From Eledone cirrhosa (Eukaryota), in assembly GCA_964016885.1 (NCBI GenBank), contig OZ024754.1, forward strand, positions 9,424,001 to 9,488,000: a stretch of DNA of 64,000 nt. The letters are read 5' to 3'. The notes beneath the pieces are model-generated. The model saw only the letters and a program-made list of their open reading frames with translations. It was not told where the DNA came from and ran no database searches. The translations under genes and the position numbers were made by a program. Positions 27,213 through 39,364 of this stretch are shown in pieces; position 1 is the first letter of the stretch, and each line of letters begins with the position of its first letter.

Positions 27213-27940
27213 GTTTAAGCCAATTGCAACAACCATAAGACTTAATTTTAAGTCTGATACTAATTTTATGAATTTCTATTTGTCAAACAAGGCTCTTCCA
27301 GCACATCTCCCTTACCATACTCTGGGGAAACACCTTCTCCATTCTGTCTGCCGGAGCTGTGGGGACGGCCAGCATGTGAGACCCCATTTGCTCATAATAC
27401 AGAGAGATGGGGAGGGCGAGAGGGATGGAGGCGATGATGGTGGGAGTTTGGTTCTTCCATGTTTGGACATATTTGTCAAACTGTAGGTTTTATGAAACAA
27501 CTAAGTTATAAGACAGAAAAATACAACAGTTGTGCTGTAAACAGAAACACAAACATCTACCCATCATGGCTGAGAATAGCCTGTCATGAGAACATTATAA
27601 AACAAAGAAGCATCTTTGTTTTTTATTTTTCTCATGACAGGCTGAACGAATTGGGGTCCAGAACCCAACAAAACTTGAGTACCTGTTTATGTCACTGTTG
27701 TAATTATATATATATATATATATGAAAAACAAGGGGAGAAGAATACTGCATGGTTGCACATGGATTACATATTATAAAATTAGTCCCTCATCAGTGATTT
27801 GCCAACCATCATAGGTATTTCATATATATAGTAATAATAATAAATTTGAAGACTAAAATCCAAAGAGGGCTCGATAAGGATAAATATATATCAAATATAT
27901 AAGAACCGTAGAGCAAATATTTATTAAAATAACAGATTAA

Positions 27941-27991
27941 AGTTTAAGCAAAGAATCGCTGCTTTTACCCTTAACGGGATCTTCTGAAACT
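27941..27991 (-). ncRNA. Variant or decayed hammerhead motif
   Basis: Reverse complement: AGTTT-CAGAAGA-TCCCgttaaGGGT-AAAA-GCA..TGC-TT-AAACT; stems I-III present, two core substitutions. Confidence 0.45.
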
Positions 27992-28224
27992 AACAAAGTC
28001 AATCTGTAAACGCAGAAGTGGATATTTCAAAAAACGTTGCAACCGAAGGAAGACAGGAAGACAATACTTTGGTTCGTGGAAACGTTCCCTGGCAAAGAAC
28101 GGGGAAAAAACGAATATAATACGTCATTAATAGGAGCGGTGAAAAACAATTACACGCAAAGACAGAACCACGTTTATGGTATAAAAGCAGCGATTCTTTG
28201 CTTAAACTTTAATCTGTCATTTTA

Positions 28225-28272
<48 letters not shown>

Positions 28273-28465
28273 CATCCAGCTGTAGAAATCAAGCCAGAAC
28301 CAGTTCCTGTCCCATCCTTGCAAGCAGGGAAAAGCGGACGTAAAATGATGATGATATATATATATATATATATATATAGTAAAAAATTGAACGGGAACAA
28401 AACAGAGAGGCAGTACGAACAAAGGTTTATTAGTTTCACGCTCTTGAGAGAGGGGTGGTGGTGGG

Positions 28466-28502
28466 GAACGACGTTTCGGGCATAAGCCCTTCTTCTGGTG
28501 AA
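28466..28502 (-). ncRNA. Minimal hammerhead-like motif with CAGAAGA core
   Basis: Reverse complement: CAC-CAGAAGA-A-GGGC-ttat-GCCC-GAAACGTC-GT; in a ~170-bp insert between (TA)n tracts. Confidence 0.5.
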
Positions 28503-28545
28503 AAGTGTGTGGGAAGAGAGTTCCAAGGGTGTGTAGGGGAGTGGT

Positions 28546-28586
<41 letters not shown>

Positions 28587-29534
28587 TATTCTGCTGCGTA
28601 GTGAATAGTTGACTTCCATTAGTATAGGGTTTCTGATGAAGTGTAATAAATAATTAACTATTCCATATGATTGAACAATATATATTGAAGTCAGCTTATG
28701 TAGACAATTATAATAGACACAGAAACATATGTTAAAGCAAATGAATGTTAAAGCAAAACATATGTTAAAGCAAATAAATTCCTAATCTCCTTTCATGCCG
28801 ATGTTTATATTTTTCTTGGTGCAATACTTTATATATATATACATATATATATATATGGGGGTATGTGTGTGTATATGTCTGTATGTGTGTGTGTCTGTGT
28901 GTGAGGGTATGTGTATGTATGTGTGTGTATGTGTGTGTGTGTGTGTACATGTGTGCGTGTTTATGAGAAAGAGATAGAGCAAGGTTAATGAATTTTTCTT
29001 AAGGTTACAGTAATATATTTTTTCTTATCTAAAATTCAATTTAATATCTTTGCTATACCTGTGTTCTACTTTAATAACTCCATTAGCTGACTGGAGTAAA
29101 TTGGAGCGACTTGTATAACATTTCAGGTCATCTACATACTTGAAATGGTTTAGTTAATTTGTTTATAGCATTGTAATGGAAGCAAATTGGTCCAATCATT
29201 AGTATGTCAGACAGAATACTTTGCAATGTTTGTTCTAACCAAATCATCATTGGTCTACACAGACAGAAGATTGCCAGAGTAATTAGAATGTCGGATAGAA
29301 TTCTTTATCACATTCATTTCTGCTCTCTACTCTCAGAGTTCAAATTCTCCTAAGGTCAACTTTACCTTTCATCCTTACGAAGTTGTTAAAAAAAGAACCA
29401 GTAATGTACTGGGGTAGATTATTCCACTCTCTCTCTTTCTCTCTCTCTCTCTCTCTTTCTCTCTTGGGAAGAAATTGGCTGCTGTGTTTAGACCTGGAGA
29501 GGAGAAGGGCACTGCCAGATTTTAAAAATGCCCA

Positions 29535-29725
29535 AATAATTGTTTCTACTTTTGGCACAAGGCCATCAATTACCCAGTACATTACTGGTACTTTATTTTA
29601 TCGACCCCGTAAGGATGAAAGGCAAAGTCAACCTCGGCGGGATTTGAACTCAGACCGTAAAGGGACGTAACTATGCTGGAAAGCATGGCGTCCGACTCTC
29701 TACCGATACTGCCAATCCACACCCG
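29535..29725 (-). mobile_element. tRNA SINE, second family
   Basis: Same consensus as the 11083-11790 copies. Confidence 0.85.
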
Positions 29726-29801
29726 TTAAAAATGTCCAAATAATGCTGTGTGTTACTATGGTCTCCCTACAACACCACCAGAAGTTAGGCATACTTATAT
29801 A

Positions 29802-29852
<51 letters not shown>

Positions 29853-29934
29853 AGGTTGAAGCGATATCCAGGGATAACTTGAACCGTTAAGGTATATTAT
29901 CCTTGGTCATGTCAAATATTTATAAAACATTTTG

Positions 29935-29996
29935 TATTTTATCTGATGATAGCGTACCAAAATTTTTGGTACCCTTGAAATATATATAATAGAATA
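29935..29996 (+). ncRNA. Minimal type I hammerhead motif
   Basis: TATTTTAT-CTGATGA-tAGcGTACCAAA-att-TTTGGTACcCTt-GAAA-TATATA-TA-ATAGAATA. Confidence 0.75.
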
Positions 29997-30046
29997 AATA
30001 TGGTTTTATGAATATAGTTTCCATTTATTTAATATCATTGTATATA

Positions 30047-30078
<32 letters not shown>

Positions 30079-30297
30079 CAAATAAAATATAGAGTTACTA
30101 ACTCATATTGATACCCTGCAATTAACAAGCTCAAAGTATAAATACTGAGCATTATATAATAATATATGTAGAACTAAACACAGTAAATTGTGTGTCTAAA
30201 ATTACAAGGGTTGAAATACCATATTGGTTTGATAAATTTAACCTGAAGCAAACGGAAGATATAGAATAGATATACAGACCGTCTCAATAACTATTTC

Positions 30298-30386
30298 ATC
30301 TCTCGGACAGATTAGAGATTTAATCTGTTTCGCCCTGAAAATTGTGTTTGTAACAGATAATCTGTAGACTTTCCTCAGCGAGAGAT
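30298..30386 (-). ncRNA. Type I hammerhead ribozyme motif with full stem III and GUC cleavage site
   Basis: Reverse complement: ATCTCTCG-CTGAGGA-(stem II region)-GAA-ACAGATTA-aatctc-TAATCTGT-C-CGAGAGAT; 8-bp stems I and III are perfect. Confidence 0.8.
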
Positions 30387-30671
30387 AAGATCAAATGGAA
30401 CAAACACACAACTAAAAGCCACACAAATGAATATCTCACCTGGTGCGCTGGACGTTAGAAGTGGTGTGATTGGATATGCTAAAAATAATAGCCTTAATAC
30501 ACCCATTAAGGGTGTATTAAGGCTATTATTTTTAGCATATCCCCTCACATTAAGAGTGTATTAAGGCTATTATTTTTAGCATATCCACTCACACCACTTC
30601 TAACGTCCAGCGCACCAGGTGAGATATTAATTTGTGTGGCTTTTAGTTGTATGTTTGTTCCATTTGATCTT
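30387..30671. repeat. ~115-bp inverted repeat abutting the hammerhead, with an internal partial duplication
   Basis: Arms at 30387-30501 and ~30556-30671; an extra copy of GTGTATTAAGGCTATTATTTTTAGCATATCC at ~30512-30542. Confidence 0.9.
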
Positions 30672-30879
30672 AGAGAGTGGGATTGGTTCAGTGCATAGTC
30701 TTTCCTCACTTTAAAAAATATCTTCACGCACAGGCATTGCACGATAGAATTAATTAATAATTATTAATAATGGTATATCGTGCAATGGCCATACTCAATA
30801 ACGAGGGGGAAGCCATCATGTATGCACATATGTATGTGTGTATGTATGTATGTATGTGTGTGTGTAGAGCAGCATTGCT

Positions 30880-31585
30880 ATCATCATCATCATCATCATT
30901 TTACGTCCACTTTTCCCTGCTTGCAAGGGTGGGACGGGTCCTATTCAGCACAGCATCTCTCCACTTGTCACGGTCCTTCGTCATCTCCTCGGTGAGTTTC
31001 AGCAATCTGAGGTCTGCTCTCACCACCTCCGCCCATGTTTTTCGTGGTCTACCTCTACTGCGTCTTCCTTCTACTGGGATTTCTTGGCACTTCTTTACCC
31101 AGCGGTCATCCTCCATGCACATCACATGTCCATACCGTCTCAGTCTTCTCTCCCTCACACTACAACTTATACACAGTTTCTCTCTCAACACATCACATGT
31201 TCATACCATCTCAGTCTTCTCTCCCGCACACCACAACTTATCCCTTTTATACACAGTTTCTCTCTCAACTCATCACATGTCCATACCATCTCAGTCTTCT
31301 CTCCCTCCCACTACAGCTTATACACAGTTTCTCTCTCAGCTCATCACATGTCCATACCATCTCAGTTTTCTCTCCCTCACACCACAACTTATCCCGCTTA
31401 TACACAGTTTGTCTCTCAAATCATCACATGTCCATACCATCTCAGTCTTCTCTCCCTCACACCACAACTTATCCCGCTTATACACAGTTTCTCTCTCAAA
31501 TCATCACGTCCATACCATCTCAGTCTTCTCTCCCTCACACCACAACTTATCCCGCTTATACACAGTTTCTCTCTCAACTCATCTA
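30880..31585 (-). mobile_element. RTE LINE 3' end with about 6 tandem iterations of a 71-80-bp segment at its 5' side
   Basis: LREKLCISCSVRERRLRRYGHVMCMEDDRWVKKCQEIPVEGRRSRGRPRKTW; (GAT)n tail. Confidence 0.92.
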
Positions 31586-31833
31586 TGCTATATAGATAGA
31601 AAATCATAAATCTAGAATTGTTACAATACATATATAATATAAACGGCCAGTCAATATAAACTGCTTGTATCAGTCCAGTTCACATATCTAGTTGGTCACT
31701 GCCAAGTAAACATATATAATTTATGGCTATCTGGGTAATGGCTAATTTTCCTTCCTCATCATTTTAGAAATATAAATTATGTGAAATTCTGAATAGCTTA
31801 CAAGTGCAACTGATCAGGGCACTACGCCCCACC

Positions 31834-31869
<36 letters not shown>

Positions 31870-32213
31870 GGAGGCACATGGCTTAGTGGTTAGAGCATTA
31901 GCCTTGCAATCGAAAGGTTGTGAGTTCAATTCTCAGACCAGGTGATGTGTTGATCCCTTGAGCAAGACTCTTTATTTCACATTGCTCCAGTTTACTCAGC
32001 TGTAGAAATGAGATGATAGGGAGTGGGGTCCCTATCATTCCACTGCAAAGTGGTCAGGGAGGTACCACAGCAAAAAAGCTGCCAGCACTCACTGTAAATG
32101 AGGTTGGTGTTAGGAAGGGCATCCGGCTGTAGAAATCAAGCCAGAATCAGTTCCCGTCCCACCCTTGCAAGCAGGGAAAAGAGGACGCAAAATGATGATG
32201 ATGATGATGATGA
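31870..32213 (+). mobile_element. Full-length tRNA-derived CORE-like SINE with RTE-derived 3' tail
   Basis: A box TGGCTTAGTGG, B box GAGTTCAATTC, CCTTGAGCAAGAC.CTTTATTTCAC body; 3' end matches the RTE end and finishes in (GAT)n. Confidence 0.88.
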
Positions 32214-32744
32214 TATATTCATATCTATATCTACTCATATACATCAGGGCACTACCTTCTCTCTCTCTATATATATATGGGAACAAGCCGAAACCGAAGC
32301 ATGTAGACAATATGCCCCCATCCCCTCCCACTGCAAAGTGGTCATGGAGGTGTCACAACAAAAAAAAAAAACACCCTAAATTTATAAATTTAATTTATAA
32401 TAAATTGAAGTGAAAGCAACTGGTGCATGTGTTTCTCATTGGCAACATGACCCTCCCAAAGCATAACAATATATATATATAGTATAAGAATAAAGGAACA
32501 AAGAGTCAGTGTTGCATCATAACATATTTAATAACACATTACATATGTTTCACTGTCGATCAGCTCGAGGATTGATCTATTATTGATCTAACCGGACTCT
32601 GGAATCGGACCGACTACAGACGCAATTTTCCGGCACCTATATATCATCCTCACCGTTCTACATCCATTCTTCCACGCTAGCATGTATATATTATAAAGTT
32701 ATATCTGTATTAATACAGAGTGTGTAACCGAGACTGCATCAATG

Positions 32745-32856
32745 TATATATATATATATATATACACATATCTAATATGTAGGCATGTAAACATGGCAGA
32801 AAATAAATACATATATGTGTGTGCATGAGTGCGCGAGTGTGTGTGTGTGCGTGTGT

Positions 32857-32899
<43 letters not shown>

Positions 32900-33192
32900 T
32901 ACACACATATATATACACACATATATATGCACCGAGACATATATACACACACACACACACATATATACACAAACACATATATATATACACACATATATAT
33001 ATATATATACACACACATATATATATACACACACACACACACATATATATATACACACACACACATATATATATATACACACACACACACATATATATAC
33101 ACACACACACACACACATATATATACACACACACATATATATACACACAAACACACACACACATATATATATATACACACACACACATACAT

Positions 33193-33243
<51 letters not shown>

Positions 33244-33324
33244 CACACACATATATATATATACACACACACACACACGCATATATATATACACACACAT
33301 ATATATACACACACACATATATAC

Positions 33325-33382
<58 letters not shown>

Positions 33383-33420
33383 ATATACATATATATATAT
33401 ACACACGCACACACATATAT
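32745..33420. repeat. Compound (TA)/(CA) microsatellite
   Basis: Direct inspection. Confidence 0.95.
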
Positions 33421-33991
33421 TCTTTTACTGGTTTCAGTCATTAGAATACCCTCATGTTATTCTGCTCTCTCCATATAATAATAGTTTCATAACTTTCTCA
33501 ATATAGCTATAAACACACCGTATAAATGATTTATTTAACCCATCCCTCCAACTTCTTAATGTTGGTAAAATGTTCTTTATGTAATGGCCTTCTCTCCTCT
33601 GATTAGATATCATTTCCTGATAAGCTCTCTCTACCTACAAATTTTCTAAGAGTCTTTCTGAAATCATGGAGAAGTTCTAAGCAGATTATCATCAGCAGTG
33701 TATGTTTTCAATCTTTAAAGATCAATATCTTTGTTTATGTTTTAAATATGTTTATCAACTGAAGATCTAAATTCTGCAAACCTATTGTCGATACTGTGAT
33801 ATCAAAGTTGTGTATGTATTGTTGGTACTAGGAGATTTAAACTGCGTATATAGTATTCAGGCTTACCTACCTTGCTTTGTCACTCTTCTTTAAATATATA
33901 TATTTGTTCTCACTTTGTCCTGCTATATCCACCCATCCCACCCTAACCCAAACATCCTCCCTCATTCTCTATGTAGTTTGTGCTTAAGTGT

Positions 33992-33995
33992 TATA

Positions 33996-34034
<39 letters not shown>

Positions 34035-34827
34035 GTATATATGTATATAAATAAATAAATGTATATATATATATAAATAAATGGATATATATATATATAA
34101 ATGTATATATATATAAATGTATATATATATAAATAAATGTATATATATATATATAAATGAATATATAAATAAATGTATATATATATATATATATAAATGT
34201 ATATATATATAAATGTATATATATATATATAAATGTATATATAAATAAATGTATATATATATAAATGTATATATATATATATAAATGTATATATATATAT
34301 ATAAATGAATATATAAATAAATGTATATATATATATAAATGTATATATATATAAATGTATATATATATATATATATAAATGTATATATAAATAAATGTAT
34401 ATATATATATATAAATGTATATATATATATATAAATGTATATATATATATATATAAATGTATATATATATATAAATGTATATATATATATATATAAATGT
34501 ATATATATATATATAAATAAATGTATATATATATAAATGAATATATATATAAATGTATATATATATATATAAATGTATATATATATAAATGAATATATAT
34601 ATAAATGTATATATATATATATAAATGTATATATATATAAATGTATATATATATATAAATGTATATATATATAAATGTATATATATATATAAATGTATAT
34701 ATATAAATGTATATATATATAAATGTATATATATATATATATATATACCGTCTAACCCATGCTAGCATGGAAGAACGGACGTAAAACGGTGATGATGATG
34801 ATATATAAATGTATATATATATAAATG

Positions 34828-34876
<49 letters not shown>

Positions 34877-34958
34877 ATATATATATATATATATAAATAT
34901 ATATATGGATAAAAATATATATATATATATAAAAATATATATATATATTTGTCAGTTA

Positions 34959-35002
<44 letters not shown>
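33992..35002. repeat. AAATG(TA)n minisatellite and TA tracts
   Basis: Direct inspection. Confidence 0.95.
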
Positions 35003-35004
<2 letters not shown>

Positions 35005-35297
35005 TCATAATCACCAATGTAAATTGATAAAGATGATGTGTGTGAATGCATATCAAACAATGTATATTTAAATGTACATCAAAGCATATACATACATACA
35101 CGTGTGTGTGTGTGCGTGTGTGAGTAAATATGTCAATAGATATTGTATCATACGAATATATTTATGAGCATGCATATATATAAACATTTGTGTGAATGTA
35201 TACATGTGCAACTCCCTGCATACATACATAACATATATATTTATACATGCCTGCATGCATATATTACATATACACACATGTTTTGAAATTAAAGGTA

Positions 35298-36205
35298 TAT
35301 CATCATCATCATCATTGTTTAACGTCCATCCTCCACGCTAGCATGGGTCTGGACGAGAATTTTCCCACTTGAGGCAAGATTGGTTGTCTTGCTCGTATAG
35401 GACTGTCTGGCGGGTTTTCTACGGCTGGATGCCCTTCCCAACACCAACCACGTTTACAGTGTGGGACTGGGAGGTTTTTACCGTGTTACCTACACGGCCA
35501 CATTACAGCGTGGTATATCATCATCATCATCATCGTTTAACGTCCATCCTTCACGCTAGCATGGGTCTGGACGGGAATTTTCCCACTTGAGGCAAGATTG
35601 GTTGTCTTGCTCGTATAGGACTGTCTGGCGGTTTTTCTACGGCTGGGTGCCCTTCCCAACACCAACCACGTTTACAGTGTGAACTGGGAGGTTTTTACCG
35701 TGTTACCTACACGGCCACATTACAGCGTGGAGTGTGTCTTTTTTTTCTTGTCGTGACACCTACACGACCTCATTTATTTCGGACTGGATGTTGTGGTACC
35801 AACATAACTTTACATTGGGAGGGGTGGTGTAGATGGCGGTAGGGGTAGTGGGACGGGGGTGTATTTTGGTTAAGAGGTGTCTACTGACTGTAGGTTTCGC
35901 TTTGTACTTCTGTATTACTGTGTAGCGCCAAAGATCTTGGTCCAGTGACATTGTCTTGGAGAGGTGTAAGTGTGTGAGGTCGGATTTTATCAAGTCGTCC
36001 CAGGTTTTTCTGGGTCTGCCTACTCCGTGGCTACCGTCTATTTTGATCGCCCTGCGCTTTTTTATACAGCTGTCATCTTTCATGCGCATCACGTGACCAT
36101 ACCAACGTAGTCTTCTCTCGAGTAAACATCATCTGATCCCTCTTATTCCTAATTTCTCCCTTAGTTCATTTATGCTCTGCCGTTCGCGTATATTACTATT
36201 ACATT
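35298..36205 (-). mobile_element. RTE LINE 3' end of a second subfamily, with 3' UTR and tandemly duplicated tail
   Basis: ERRLRWYGHVMRMKDDSCIKKRRAIKIDGSHGVGRPRKTWDDLIKSDL; ~215-bp tail duplicated at ~35300 and ~35518. Confidence 0.85.
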
Positions 36206-36580
36206 ATCTTATATTTTGTTATAAACTTACTTATTTTAGCCCCACTTCAAAAAATAAGTAGTTACACAACAGTTTTATTTCACTCTATTTGCAAGAAAAC
36301 AGAAAAAAATTAGGATCCATTTTGTTAAACATTTTTTTAGGATCCATTTTGTTAAGTAATTGAAGGGGAGAAAAGTAAACGGTAAACTTTCAATTCAATT
36401 ATTCATAACCGAAAAAGAGAATGAAATGAATAAATAATGAAAAGAATATATTGGCTGTCGTGAGTGTATATCTGTGATGTATATATATATAGACATATAT
36501 ATACACCAGGTCCGAACACAAAAGAACCAAACTATCACTAACACTGCCTCCGTCTCTCTCTCTCTCTCTCTCCCCATCTC

Positions 36581-36658
<78 letters not shown>

Positions 36659-36956
36659 GAAACACACAGATACATGCGGACACACACATATATACATGAT
36701 ATATACATGAATGCATCCGCACCCAACTGTGAGTTAAGGGTGCCAACTTCACCGATGTTGCTCAATGAATGACTGGGACAGACCAATTCAGTTTGAACCA
36801 GACTGAACCAGTATCAGAGTTAAAAATACATTATGAAGAGAGAAGAAACATTTAGATATAATTAGTAATAAAATGTATCATACCTAAACTGTTCCTAAAT
36901 TCCTCGACTACGTAGTTTCGTGGCATAAACAAAAACAATATATCAAAGATATAGAG

Positions 36957-37020
<64 letters not shown>

Positions 37021-37071
37021 TTTCTGAATTTGTTTAGCAAGATTCTTTATTTGAAAACGTGTGTTGAAACC

Positions 37072-37770
37072 GATATTGTTATACTTTAGGAGGGTCATGT
37101 TGCCAATAAGAAACACACACACCAGTTGTTTCACTTCAATTTATTGTAAGTTAAATTTATAAATTTAAGAATTTATAAATTTATAAATTTCCGGTTGGTT
37201 GGTTCCACAACCGGACGGTTGTTCATATATTGTCAAAGTTCTTCCGTCACACATTCTGTGACCTCTTCAGTGACTGGGGATTCTTTTCTTTGTTTTTGTG
37301 CCTCTCCTTTGTTCTGTCCTACGCCATCTTGTTTTTGTGCATGTTGTGTGCTTAGTTTGCGCGTGTGTTACATCCGGGTGTCTGTGTGTGTTTATATTTG
37401 TTTATTTATTTGTTTATTTACATGTTACTGGTTGGTTGATTGTTCTATGTGTGTGTGTGTTTTCATTTTGTCCTTAATTGTAAGTTGTGATGTTGCTATT
37501 CCATTCATGTTTTCTATTTAATTTTGGTTGGAGTTCATTTATGTTTATTGCCTCTGTGATTTGTCTAAACATTGCATCTTTTCTGTGTGTAGATTCTATT
37601 TTTATTTCTATGTTCTCTAATTTAACCTTATGACAATATATGAACAACCGTCCGGTTGTGGAACCAACCAACCAACCGGAAATTTATAAATTTAACTTAT
37701 AATAAATTGGAGCGAAAGCAACAGGTGCGTGTGTTTCTTATTGGCAACATGACCCTCCCAAAGCATAACA

Positions 37771-37775
<5 letters not shown>
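37072..37775 (-). mobile_element. Truncated Penelope-like element: GIY-YIG C-terminus, 3' region and inverted terminal copy
   Basis: KIESTHRKDAMFRQITEAININELQPKLNRKHEW fits the R..EA..I....P.LN motif; 37072-37235 is inverted at 37631-37775; degenerate hammerhead at 37232-37274; (TA)n flanks. Confidence 0.8.
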
Positions 37776-37800
<25 letters not shown>

Positions 37801-37808
<8 letters not shown>

Positions 37809-38000
37809 CAGGTCCGAACACAAAGGAACCAAACTACCACTGTCACTGCCTCCACCTCTCCCGCTTTTCCCATCTCTCATATACACCAGGTCCGAACACA
37901 AAGGAACCAAACTACCACTGTCACTGCCTCCACCTCTCCCGCTTTCCCCATCTCTCATATACACCAGGTCCGAACACAAAGGAACCAAACTACCACTGTC
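37801..38000. repeat. 78-bp tandem repeat, about 2.6 copies
   Basis: ATATACACCAGGTCCGAACACAAAGG at 37801, 37879 and 37957. Confidence 0.92.
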
Positions 38001-38309
38001 TCTCCTGCTCTCCCCTCTTTCACTATTATGAGCAAATGGGAGCTCACATGCTGTCACCCTGTGGCCCCACTGGACAGAATAGATAAGGTTTTTCCCCAGA
38101 GGATGGTGAGGGAGACACACTGGAAGAGCCATTCCAGCTCGTAAGGCTCACACCTGCGGGTAGCCAACTCTGTGTCGATGGTGGTGAGCAAGGAAGTGGC
38201 CCTAGGGACAAAGTTGAGTTCTAGTTTATATGCAATAAAAATAGTTATAAACAATTAATTTGTCCTTAGACAAAAGTATTCTTTCACAGATTCTTTCACC
38301 AGTCTTTCA

Positions 38310-38851
38310 CATTCTTTCACCAGTCTGGAACCCCTATCTTGCTCAGAACATTGACCGCCTGGAAACTGTTCAGAGACGTGCAACCAAGCGAATACCCTCC
38401 ATCAGGCATCTATCATCCTCTGAGCGCCTTGCTTCCCTGGGCATGGATACATTGAAGCTCCGACGCCTGGCAACTGACTTGGTAAACACCCACAAAATTG
38501 TTAACCATGTTAACTCAACAACCTGAGTACCTTTTTGATTTCCATGTGTCTAACACACGTGGACATGCCCACAAAGTCAGAAAACAGCACAGTTCCCATG
38601 ACTTTCGGAAACATTTTTTCACGCTCAGAGTTGCTGAAGCATGGAACAAACTACCTGCATCAGTTGTTAGCTGTCGAGACACTGCATCCTTTAAGGCCTC
38701 CATGCTTCCCGAGATCCGCCAACACTATAGCTAGCACATACAAACATGTACTTCCCTGACATTTGTGTATTATTCTATGTACTATACATACACCTTTGAC
38801 GAGTTGTAGTGCACCTGAGCACTTTACACAATAATTTCATTATTATTATTA
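38310..38851 (+). mobile_element. CR1-clade LINE 3' end
   Basis: SPVWNPYLAQNIDRLETVQRRATK...LRRLATDL and NTRGHAHKV...RKHFFTLRVAEAWNKLP across a frameshift; (ATT)n tail. Confidence 0.9.
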
Positions 38852-39364
38852 GATGAGGTCTAAGATGGTTGGAAACTAGTCAGATTGGTCCAACCTTTTT
38901 TATAAGTGGTGAATTGTTACAGTCATTTATGTGTCAGATTAAATGCCTTGGTATTTTTTCTGGCTCTCTGCACTCAGTTCAAATTCTGATGAGATCAACT
39001 TTGCCTTTCATCCTTTCAAGGTCAATAAAGGAGGTACCAATCTTGGGGCAGTGAATTGTCAGAATTCTTGCAATAGAGCACCAGGTGATATTTGATCTAG
39101 TTCTCTCAGCTCTCAGCTCAAATTCAACCTTCTCCTTCCAGTAATGGTAGGCAGATAGTACAGAAATGAGCAGACCAGTGGAAACATAATTTCCTTGGTC
39201 TGATATGATAAAAGTGAAAGCCTGTGTTCTAGGGGTAAAGGTGTTGGACTTAGGGTGATAATGTCATGGGTTTGATTCCTGGACAAGGTTGTTTGTGTGT
39301 TGTGTTCTTGAGCAAAACATTTCATTTATAGTAGTATACATTTCATGTATGTATATGTGTGTAA

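Noticed and set aside
31870-31945. tRNA gene
   Set aside because: The A and B boxes belong to a SINE head that continues into a SINE body and tail; many decayed copies exist in the window.
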